DNA of 52,513 bases, the filler included, from Sphacelaria rigidula (Eukaryota), in the NCBI GenBank assembly GCA_964200075.2. It is 4 parts of 4 records of this genome, joined end to end, with 100 filler letters (N's around TTAATTAATTAA, not from the genome) between each part and the next. Parts side by side here need not be neighbours in the genome. Positions count along the whole stretch, not along the records: positions 1 to 13,056 come from CAXNAA020003196.1; 3 more parts are not named here. One strand, given 5' to 3'. The notes below the pieces were generated by a model. That model was given only the letters and a program-made list of their open reading frames with translations, had not been told where the DNA came from and ran no database searches. Within the stretch, counting starts at the first letter, position 1. Every line of letters begins with the position of its first letter. A program made the translations under genes and the position numbers. This document shows positions 1-10,638 of this stretch, one piece after another.

Positions 1-1537
1 TGTTTTGGGCTCGAACCTCATTTCATTGATGAACCTCATTTTATAGAACCTTCTGTTAATGTTGATTAACAGGGGGGGGAAACATGGAAATTTCAAATAG
101 TACATACTTGCTCAACGTGTTTCCTTTACATGCTTGGGGAACCATGTAAGCTCTACAAACAGTATAATGCTTTGGGTGCCAAAATATATCCATGAATCCA
201 ACATTGATCACGCCGGGGGGTAGGGGAGCATGATCAACAAACAAATTCCACAAATGGCATATCATTGGTCCGCATTTGCCCGCAGCACAACAAGAAACTG
301 TACGCAGCAAACCATAATGATGGTATGCAACCCAATCGCCTGGAGTACAGTACACGGATGGCAGTTAAATATGAGATATTGCTGCGTGACCATTCATGAC
401 ACTTCGCAACTCCGTTTCTTCTTGCAGTCGGCGCACGCAACGTTGATCAGCGTCCAATGTCCGACAACACAAAAACAACCGCATATCATATCACAAGCCA
501 ATGTGATCTTACCCTCCTGTACTCTACATTACGGTCAGTTGAAGTCCTGGCTGTCAATCCATGCAGTTTGGAACACAAGTGGTCGTCCGTACAATGAACA
601 TGTTGAGTGCTTCACTGAACAGTTCTACAGATCGTGCACAGTGCAATGCAGTCCAACAGGGTAGAATGGTCGAGTGTCATACCCTACAGACAGTACAGTG
701 TATTACGATACAGTGCAGACGCGAGAATAAACACATGTACTTGCGCGACGTGTTTCGCACTTTCATGGCGGTAGATAATACCCCCTGCTACAGTCAAGGG
801 GATCATATCATTCTGCAGTGGAGAAGGGAAATATCAAAGTCTCAAACAGATGAGGATCGAAGTAGGACACACATATAACACTCCACAATCACACTTGCGC
901 TCCGTCTCATTACAGAGCGATCAGGGCGTGATGCTGAATGAAAAAGCAAACAACCACGAGTCGAAGAATCTTTTTAAAACTCGATCTCGATCCAAACAAA
1001 ACTCATCACTCATGTAGTAGAAACATGACACCGACTACTGTATCAACTAACCAATTACGGCAGATGACGGAATGTAACACGCCTACACCACGAAATATGG
1101 AGTCACATCCATACCCTCGGGGCATACATGAATGAAAGATACTGCATAGATGGGCAGGGCATAACAGTGATCGAAAAAACAGGAGATAAAGGGAAGGGCA
1201 GTGTATTGCCAACAAAAAAAAATCCGACTGTAAGCCTGCAAAATGAATCTTTGACATGTTACGCGTGACCAGACTTCAATTTAGTGTGGCGTTGTATAAC
1301 ACCCCCAGTTCAACAGAAGAACAAGGACATATGACACCCTAGAAAGCAAGAAAATATGCAAACCAAATCGCAAACTAGAGTAGAATGGCCACCTACCAAT
1401 GACAAAACATTCTTGAAGTCACCCTACTCTTCGATCCTGGTGGTTCTATCAAGATTCGATGTTCAATCGAATGAAAAAAATTAAAAGGGAAAACGTGCCT
1501 TCTTGAGCACTGCGGCTCGTGTTGAAGTAGAAGCTAG

Positions 1538-1854
1538 GAAGCTGATGACGTTGTCGTCTTGGACGTGGCTTGTTCATTGGCGTTCGGATGCTAAAGTTGG
1601 TGACGCGCGTGTCGAGGAATATTACCTCTGCCGAGCTTGGGTACCCTACTGCTCCACTTAGCTCAAAAATACAAAATAAAGATGACTACATGCCTTCGGG
1701 GCTCCTCCACCTATCTGAGATAATAGCTGAGAAGCTTTGATTTTGTTGTCCTTGATGCAGCTGCTCACTGGCGTTTGGATGCTAGTGTTGGTGACGCGCG
1801 TGCCGGGGGATGTTTCCGCTGCCGATCTTCGGTACCGTACTGTCCAGTTAGCTC
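1538..1854. repeat. Two diverged ~125-bp direct repeats (1538-1664 and 1730-1854)
   Basis: Shared core GGCGTTYGGATGCTA..GTTGGTGACGCGCGTG...GCCGA.CTT.GGTACC.TACTG..CCA.TTAGCTC in both copies. Confidence 0.75.
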
Positions 1855-2088
1855 TTGTGGTGCTGCCATGCTCTCCGTTGATGATGTGTCTCTTCTTGTA
1901 GTCGTCGCGGCCTATGCGCATTTTCGATGCCTTGTGGTTGGAAAACCCGTACTAACTCTCCCTTTGAATGGAGATATCTTATACTCGTACCATGTTTGAT
2001 GCGCACGCGATTGCTGAGGCCGTGCCTTCCCCGTGTGGGACCCATTAAATCTCGCGCTTGCGTCACCTGCGGTAAAACAGTACGGGCC

Positions 2089-2089
2089 G

Positions 2090-2121
<32 letters not shown>
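2089..2121. repeat. (GTT)11 microsatellite
   Basis: Direct reading. Confidence 0.95.
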
Positions 2122-2123
<2 letters not shown>

Positions 2124-3481
2124 CTTCACATTAAAAACCGTTCCGATATCTGCGCGGTAGATTCGTACTGGGCATCTGATGCGGACGCCTTTCGTGGTCA
2201 CAGGCTAGCATAAAAGCCATAAAAAACAAAATTGACCAACATTCAAAAACTCACAAAACGCGATACAAGCAAAACACGAATAAATAATACGGAGGAAAGG
2301 GAGTACATATGGCCAACACGAAAGAATACCGTCAATCAATGGGGTAATTAAACAACAGCGCTGTTCAAAGTTCGTCTCTGTCAGCAACCTTCATTTGTCC
2401 TAAATTCACACTCACCGAATGTTTTAAAAGACGCTCCGCAGACGGACACTGGGTGGTTGGCAGGAGATGATTTCAGAGGGGGCCGACCTTTCTCGGGCGT
2501 CAGAACGAAATTTGGCTCGTTGGAAAATGACACGCGGAACAGTCGGGAAAAGGTCGATCTATTTCTGCTGCGCAAATCCCATGCACACTGGCAGACTTGG
2601 AATTTGAACAGCAGAAGAAGCTCGAAATAAATCTTTACTTTACCCTCCAAGTCATCCGGAAATTGGGGGAAAAGAGATTTATTGCGAGGAGCGTCAGCTG
2701 GGCGTATCCCGCATGCTGCATCGTTACCAGCGTATGGGATCCGACACCCAGAAAAAGTTGTTGAAAGCGATTGATCATTTTGCCCCCCAGCCCATGTGTA
2801 CATGGACTAAAGGATGAATAACTGTCAACAGCTTTCGCTGAGTAGAGATCCCACACATTGGTTACGTGTGTATGTCCATACCTGTGCTTCAAGCGACCCA
2901 GGCGTGACAAGATGCCAGGTGTACGGTGTATACCTCGCCTATCAATGCACATAGTTCACAAAACAACCGTGTTCCAGGGTCTACCAACACGAACCATGTT
3001 TAGAAAAAGTCACTTAATCAATCGCCCCTTCACTGAGGCCCTGTCAATTTGTATATGAATAGTATATAGACCATTACCCGAAGATAGGTACTCCGTATTT
3101 ATCACCGACCGACTGTTGATAAATTGAACATCAATGCACACCACGCACAACAGTATTATTCCCAGCTATACCACCACAGCCCTGCAGCAAAGACCACGGG
3201 TTGGGCACAGGGATATAGACACATACACACTGCTGTGGGTGGATATGATGTATTTCTTGTTGGTGGAACACACGTGGACAAGTAGCACCCTGTAGGACGA
3301 GCTGCACAGGGTTCTCCACAGTCTTTGTGAAAACCCCTGTGTAGCATTTGCACACCCTAGTACCTGTAATAGCATTTTGCATAGCATTTTTGTCGAAACC
3401 CTGCAAGCAACCCTGTGGAGAGGCCTCCCCAATTGGAAAATGCCAAATAATTTGTTACACAATCTGTAAATTTATTTTTTG

Positions 3482-3576
3482 GAATAGCTTGTCCTGCTGT
3501 CCGAGATAAATTCCTTTTTGCCCGATTTGAATCGGGCAAAAAATGAATGAATCTCGGACAGCAGGACAAGCTATTC
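3482..3576. repeat. Near-perfect ~95-nt palindrome/hairpin inside the transposon
   Basis: GAATAGCTTGTCCTGCTGTCCGAGAT pairs with ATCTCGGACAGCAGGACAAGCTATTC (26/26); inner TTTTTGCCCGATT/AATCGGGCAAAAA (13/13); degenerate copy at ~10920-11010. Confidence 0.9.
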
Positions 3577-4160
3577 AAAACAGACCCTTTTTTGGCCCAA
3601 CTGTTTTGGGCAAAAAAAGGATATATTTCGAACAGCTTCTTCTGCTTCGCAAATCCCATGCACACTGGCAGATTTGGAATTTGAACAGCAGAAGAAGCTC
3701 GATCGAAATAAATCTTCACTTTGACCTCCAATTCACCCGGAAACTGGGCAAAAAGAGATGTATGGCGAACAGCGTCAGCTGGGCATATCCCGCATACTGC
3801 ACCGTTATCAGCATATGGAATCCCACAAGCAGAAACAATTGTTGAAAATAATTCATCCTTTTGCCCCCCGGTCCATGCACATGGGCTAAAAAATGAATAA
3901 TTCTCAACAGCTTTTGCTGAATGGAGATCCGACACACTGATTACGATCGAGTATATGTCCACACGCCTTTGAGTTTAGATACGACGCTTTCGCTCAAGAC
4001 GTGGATATTGGGATGACGGTATGTACCTCGCACATTAGTGTACTTTGCTTTTGAAAACCCCGTGGTCCGCAGTCTACCAAAATCACTCAACCGAGTATGC
4101 ATTTGTTTAGAAACGTTTTTGTTTAATAGTTATTAGAAGCACAAAATGATGCACACATCA

Positions 4161-4251
4161 AACCAGGTAGCTCGATGTACGGCATAGCGCATCCCCGAGC
4201 ACAACATCGCGGGTTCAATTCTCGCCCCTGCCACTTCTCAGGCGTTTTTTT
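4161..4251 (+). promoter_or_regulatory. tRNA-derived Pol III-type cassette (A box, B box, T7)
   Basis: TAGCTCGATG 4168-4177; T-arm GCGGG-TTCAATT-CTCGC with B box at 4212-4222; T7 at 4245-4251; no full cloverleaf. Confidence 0.6.
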
Positions 4252-5612
4252 CTACCAGTACCATGCCCATCCTGTATGGAGTATATTGTATGCGTGCTAT
4301 AAAAGCTGCACAGCATATTGGCAGCGATGAATTCTACACGGAGTGACGAAACCCTGTGAAACGCCCTGTGTGGCACAAAAGAATACTCTACAGTCAAATC
4401 CCCGCGAGAAACCCTGAGCAGTTTCCCTGAACCCTGTGAAGTGTCCTGTGGAGCGCAAAAGAAAAAGTACAGCCAGATCCCCGCGAGAAACACTACACAC
4501 TTTCCCTGAACCCTGTTGACGTGCCCCACAGGGTGCTATTTGTTCACGTGTGAAACTTGAGCATCTTCTTTCAAGGTCGCGACATCGCGCGGCGACGAGA
4601 TACGCGGGGTGCAGGCGAGTGCGAGGAACAATTAACCGGCCGTCTATCATGCATACACACTCATCATATGCATGCTGGACGCACCAATAACATACTGCAG
4701 CATACAGGTCGTACAATATGCTGCACCTTGTTCAAGTCTTTTTCACGTCGCACTGTAGGTAGAGAAGTATACATATGTATATACATATGTATATACATTG
4801 TCTAGCGCTGTCTATTCTGTACTTTCCCCCTTCCCTTCACGCCCTACTTACTGTGCTGCAGCAGCTGTGCGCATATGCTGTGAGGACGCGCGTGTAATAC
4901 TGGAGTTCCTGACGGTATATAACACCCCCATATATCAAAATAAGCTGCAGGCATCTACATTGTATATATAGCCAGTCAACTGCAGTACATGGCGCCGCAC
5001 GTATAAGCACGGTATAGCGCACTGTCCCGCATGGTATTGTACAGTCCAGTACAGTTTATTGTTGTGAATATGTATTCCGAGTGGGCAGTATCCACCGCGC
5101 GATGAGATGTTTCGCGGTTTTCGTGTAGTGTTGACACGAGACTACGGAGTTTTCATCAGGTATATGCATTTATAACCGAGGTAAGTTGCGTTCTGTCAAC
5201 ATTACCTCAGCTGCAACTAAAGCTTGCGTGCAGTATGCGGGACTTGAAGAGAAGAAGCTGCTCGCAAACAAGTTTTTTCTTTGCCCAATTTCAGGTATTG
5301 GCGCGGGCAAGATGGGGATTTATTTTTTCGAACAGCGTCCGGTGTACAAATTCCATCTGCTACATAGTGTATATATGGGATTATCTGTACAGCTTTCGCT
5401 CTTCGAAATGAATCCTTTTTGCCCTATTCCAAGTTTGGAATTAGGATTTATTTCGAACAGCAGAGGCTCTCCGAATTCCAGGTTTCCATTGCACTTGTGC
5501 CTTTAAAAACAATCCGATGGATTTCAGTGTTGACACGGACCTTCAAGGGCCCCAAAATTGAAAATACCCAAAATTGAGAAGTACAAAGAATACGCTAAGT
5601 TCACAACGATTA

Positions 5613-5702
5613 CCATGTGTAGCTCAGTGGATAACCAGTCTTCCTCACAAAGATAAGGTTGATGGTTCGATTCCCCGTCCGACCTTGCCAAGTCAGTTTT
5701 TT
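5613..5702 (+). promoter_or_regulatory. tRNA-derived Pol III-type cassette (A box, B box, T6)
   Basis: Consensus A box TAGCTCAGTGG 5620-5630; consensus B box GGTTCGATTCC 5664-5674; T6 at 5697-5702; acceptor stem does not pair. Confidence 0.7.
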
Positions 5703-6556
5703 CCACCAGTACCTTGCCCGCAGCTGCATTTGAAGGGTAGTGTTTGTGCGTAAACACACTGCACAGCATTGCCAGTAGCGATGAACTCTTCACGGGGCGA
5801 CGGAACCCTGTGATGCACACTATTCATGATCATTGTAGAGAAACCCTGTGAAGCGTCCTGTGCTACGCTGGAAAACACTGTACGGTACAATTCCCACCAG
5901 TAACACTGCGCAGGGTATGTGAACCCTGTAGACCGTACTATCTGCCCACGTGTGTCATCGATGCTAATCCTTTGAAGGTATCGATTTTGAAATACCGTAG
6001 TGGTGGTTTTGAAACACAATACCATTGCATTACTGATATGCACTCGAGGGATGTTCGTCACACTGGGGGGAAGTTCAATACAGTTCGAGCGGCATGTCGG
6101 GGAAGTGTGCACAATATGCATTGACAGACAGCTTGTGGCACATGGGGAAACAACCCGAACGTGAAAAACGCCCGTCCGTATGATGCATAGGTGCAGAGGT
6201 GTGATGCGCTGGGATATCCGACGCGTTTGGTTCGGACAGGGTTTTTGCGCATAATGTAGTCAGTTTCGAGGTTCCCATACTTCACCAGCGCTCTCTCTCA
6301 GATTGCATCTTCGCTACGAAAGTGGGAGAGCTGGACATTCGTATGCTGGTGTACTGTATGTGGAAACTGAGAGACTTCACACCGAAGAGCCAGTAGCTCG
6401 AACAGGATATCGACCCAAGCATCACAACTTGTATGCGTTGCTTGAAAGTGCAATTCGTGATTGGGATAAAAATGTTTGATGGACAGACTTCTGAACACAA
6501 GCGGCTACACATCCCCAGCAGGCGGGGCTAGGTGACGCATGCTGCAAGGTGTACTG

Positions 6557-6558
<2 letters not shown>

Positions 6559-6590
<32 letters not shown>
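6559..6590. repeat. (AC)16 microsatellite
   Basis: Direct reading. Confidence 0.95.
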
Positions 6591-6594
<4 letters not shown>

Positions 6595-9500
6595 CACGGG
6601 GCGGACGCCTTCGGGGTGAAAATAGTATTGCCGCTGAACGGCTGTGTGTGTAGAACACTTGTGTGAAGTGGAGCTAGACGGGATTGATCCACAAGCTTCG
6701 GTCTGCACCTAAAATGTTGCTCCAACAAGAGGGTTGCGCGAGGAAACGTGACTTATGGTACTCACCCGGAAGGGCGGTACTCGTGTGATGAACTCCAAGA
6801 AAAAAAAGAGGCGAACGAACATCGTGTGGTGCTATAGACTACTGGCGATGACCGCTTTGCCTATCGGTGGTGGTCCGATTCGGAGACAGTGTTGCTACCG
6901 TAGTACTTATGTACTGTAGATCGAATAACCCGAACACGTGTGCGTATTCGAGAAGATGTGACACTCTTCTGCAGCCGTATCACATGCCTACGACAATCAA
7001 ATCAAACACTCCGGCGAAGGAAAGGTATCGAGTGCATGAGAGGCCGACACACCTATCGCTGAACAGCCCGTGGTGCGGGGTTGGTGGATCGTATCGGAAC
7101 TATGACAGCAACGCACTGTGGCTACAACCCGACTTCAATTTACTCTACTGCAGTGCAGGGTAATTCAGAACAAGCACAAAAACAATATTTTTACGATCGT
7201 GCACGGCGTGCGGTGTTCCAAGTTACCCTGCGCACTACAGTAAGTGCAAAGAGAGTTTAGTACCGAAGAGTACATGGAAGCGAAGCACCCTCAACCACAA
7301 CGCCGGCCAGGATGTTGATTTGATTAGGACCGCTGGTATAGGCTCTGGAAACTCGTCGCAGGCCAAACTGAAAAGGCTACTCGAAAATACTGACCGATCC
7401 ACCGGTAGATAGAACTCGATGGCAGCGATGCCGGAAGTAAAGTATCCAACGCTGCCACGAGAAAACAAATATATACCCGGCACAGGGCATCGTCCATGGA
7501 AGCAATTCAGCTACCGATGAAAGGCTGCATCATGCGTGGGCACATGAAAAAAAGATACACAGTGCTTCCGGTTGACACACACAACTTGATTTGAGAAGTA
7601 CCGGACGGAACGAATTTTACTCCTGTGCTGTGGTGAAGGGTAGCTGTGCTCGCAAAAGGCATGCACCAGACACCATACGAAGGTGTTATGCATTTCTGTC
7701 GGCTAATCGTGTGTTGATCTACCACCCCATGACATGACACACGGTACACACGTAGAAGGGAAACGTATCGCTCAAAGACGTGCACATGGGTAGCAGTAGT
7801 CAACAGCTTTGTAGTTACTCCACATGCTCTCATGAGCGAGTGTAGGAACGGAGCAAAGGGACTACTGTTCAAAACCGAGAAAAAATGTACATATACATAT
7901 ATATATATATATATATCAGCGAGGCATCGATTTGCTGCCGCTGAAGAGTGCCGTACACAAACTGACCTTGGCGTTCTCGGCGTAGTGGTCGGAGGGTGGA
8001 TTTCTCCAACCACGAGCCATCACCGGGGTGAAGCGATATTCTGGTGTCGGGGCATCACAAAAACAGTCATGCAAAATAATGTACAGCAAGCAAGCTGTAC
8101 TACATATATTGTTCCGCACGCACGGAGGGCGACACTGGGGTGTAACACTAAAAACGTTGTTGTGCTGCACACATGGGTTATCCAGGCGTGTGCGGACGAA
8201 CTGTGGGCAAAGGGAATATGGCCGGTGCTGATATAGAAATGAAACGTCGAGAGTGTTGTAGGGTGCACATCGTGAACGAAAACTGGGTAGTCGCGCACGA
8301 TGATGAACCCCGGTGGTGTGTACACACAGCGGTGGGGTGTACACACTGACCTCGACGCAGCCCGCTTGAGGTCGATTTTCAGGTGCCCGGAACCAATTAT
8401 ACACATGCGGTTTTGTGCCTGAAACGGGTAGACAGCAAGGGAACGATCACAGCTTGTACACAATTCACGAAGCCAGAGCACATTATATACATTAGCGAGC
8501 ACGGCGGTGCACGCTAATCCTGTGATCGTTACTTGTGCCGACGGCAGCCAAGGACGAACGTGTGCACAGGAAAGAGCTCCGAAACAAATACGTGCAGCTG
8601 TGACAACAGCACACCCGCGGGTGGAAAAAAGAAAATGATTGGAACCAAAAAGTGCGACTGACAGTTTTAGCACACGCAAGATACGCACATGGGCACGGCT
8701 AGTAATATTCGACACGACACACTTGTAGCTTTATCTGAGACGGAGTGATTGATCTAGCGATGTGGCCCTCGTGTGCGAAACGGGTACACTCGACATAGCT
8801 CCCACAATATCCAAAACCTGTACGGAAAACTGTGGAGGAGGGCCAGATGGATAGTGTATCCGAGGCTGACCGGCTAGTGTCGTCAAGGAGGCCGTGCTGT
8901 TAATTTCAGCAGGATCAAGCGCACCGCGCTGCAATATATCCTGTCCACCATCACTATCCAGGTGTTCCTGTTGAACAGCTGTGGAAATACCCAAACGCGT
9001 GCTGTCTGTGTGGAAACGTAAAGAAGGGAAAGGTTTGTTGTCACTAGTATGCATAGGGGGGGCGTCTGATGACACAACATCGTGCCGGCTCGGCATAACA
9101 GAACGCTGAGGGGTTGCCGCAGTTGGATCGAGCGGAAGATTGTCGATCGCATCCTGAGATGGCACATCGTACACGAGAGTGCGTCGTTGTGCATGGCGGC
9201 TGGCAGTGTCTGCTAACTGTTGTGCCCGTGCGATATCTCGCCGGATGCGCCAGGTGCGCGCATCGGGGAGAGGAGGGGGTGTGGGGGACAGGGTCATGAT
9301 TGTAATCGGAACAATACCGCGAGGAGTGGACAAAACAATGGTGCGTACACCTTTGTATTCGCAACGATATCGTGTACAATAACGACGACGGCCTGTACAG
9401 GGCGGCGTACACGGCTAGAAACGCTTAACGCAGAATGCACAGGGTGCGCGCTAATACTACGGCGTTGTTGCTGCAGTCGGCAGCCCAGGCCAAACAAGCG

Positions 9501-10296
9501 TACAGAATGGCCTGGGGAAAGAAAACAAAGATGAGCCCTGGGGCTGAAAACACGTCCTCACACGGGAAAATAAATGTAGGAGATACCCTCAGGGAAGCAC
9601 AGAAGAACACCTCGCAATGCAGTAGGCAGCACACAACAAGAGCCTGATCGCTAATAAGCTGAAGCCCCATACTTCATATATTATGAACTTAGGCCTAGTC
9701 GCCTTGGAGAAGGCAGCCTCAGTACACCTTTGTCCTGTTATCTTCTCACGAACAGAGGCTCAGGCCGTGTGTGCTAGGTTGCGAAGCGCACCGCTGGATG
9801 CAGCAAATCAATACAGAATCCAACTCACGCAATTCGAATCCAGATGTTTACAGAAATTAGATTATCTCTTTGTAGTTTACAATACGAACCAGAGCCAGAG
9901 GTTTCCCCACGACTACAAAGCTCACTGGTAAGGACTCGCTTGGAACTCAGAGAAACCGCGGCAAAGCTGATGATATCCTGGGCCCAAAATAGAGCTAGCT
10001 CGGATGGGTGCTCGGGGCGGCCGCGTGACTACCTTACGCAGGAGTTATATCCGTAACTAGTCATGATACAATAACCAAAGATCAGATATCCTTCATCCAA
10101 CGAACGTACCGGGAACACTATTCGTTGTGCACATTGCCATTCGATGTGCACATTACCATTCGATGTGCAGACATCAACCATACTGTATCTCGCATCGACT
10201 TTTCAGAACATCAAATTGGATCTTCCAACAAGCTGACATCTCTCGACGGCTAATCAAGAGTCATATCTAAACGTTCATTTACTCCAAGATCTGTAT

Positions 10297-10437
10297 CACA
10301 CGTGGACAGATAGCACCCTGTGGAGGGAGTCTACAGGGTTTACGTACCCTGCGCAGTGTTTCTGGCGGGAATTTTACTGTACAGTGTTTTCCAGCGCAGC
10401 ACAGGACCCTCCACAGGGTTTCTCTACAGTGGTCGTT
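10297..10437 (-). mobile_element. Right end of the long CACAC-TIR element in reverse orientation, interrupted
   Basis: Starts CACACGTGGACAGATAGCACCCTGTGG; reverse complement resembles ~5830-5954. Confidence 0.75.
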
Positions 10438-10638
10438 CACACGTGGACAAACAGCACCCTACGGGGCACGTCTACAGGGTTCAGGGAAACTGTGCAGTGT
10501 TTCTCGCGGGGATCTGGCTATAGTTTGTTTTCGCGCCCCACAAGACGCTTCACAGGGCTCAGGGACACTGTGCTGGATTTCTCGCGGGGATTTGACTAAA
10601 GGGTATTATTTTGTGTCACAGTCACTCGGCACTGCATA
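10438..10638 (-). mobile_element. Right end of the short CACAC-TIR element in reverse orientation, interrupted
   Basis: Starts CACACGTGGACAAACAGCACCCT; reverse complement resembles ~4370-4552 (TTTCTCGCGGGGAT motifs). Confidence 0.75.

Larger units (their letters stand above)
3269..4552 (+). mobile_element. Complete 1284-bp non-autonomous CACAC-TIR DNA transposon (CMC/EnSpm-like) with 2-bp TSD (AA)
   Basis: Left TIR CACACGTGGACAAGTAGCACCCTGT; right TIR (rc) CACACGTGAACAAATAGCACCCTGT; flanks GGTGGAA| and |AAACTTGAG versus empty site GGTGGAAACTTGAG at ~11837-11850; repeated AACCCTG subterminal motifs. Confidence 0.85.
2555..5954 (+). mobile_element. Long non-autonomous CACAC-TIR DNA transposon (CMC/EnSpm-like), copy 1; left end not recognisable; interrupted by a nested element at 3269-4552
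   Basis: Colinear with 11130-13056 once 3269-4552 is removed; ends in right TIR ...TATCTGCCCACGTGTG (5954); multiple subterminal AACCCTG motifs. Confidence 0.7.

Noticed and set aside
54..1312. Possible LTR (TGTTA...TAACA) with minus-strand PPT-like GTTGAACTGGGGG at ~1302-1314
   Set aside because: No second LTR, TSD or pol-like coding sequence seen; a 5-bp terminal match can be chance
5613..5685. Functional tRNA gene, including a possible TCA (opal/Sec) or CAC anticodon loop
   Set aside because: Acceptor and T stems do not pair properly, the loop register is ambiguous, and the paralogous copies have different cores
9700..9720. RLGEGSL as the missing kinase glycine loop
   Set aside because: Different contig, no FGK, no splice donor
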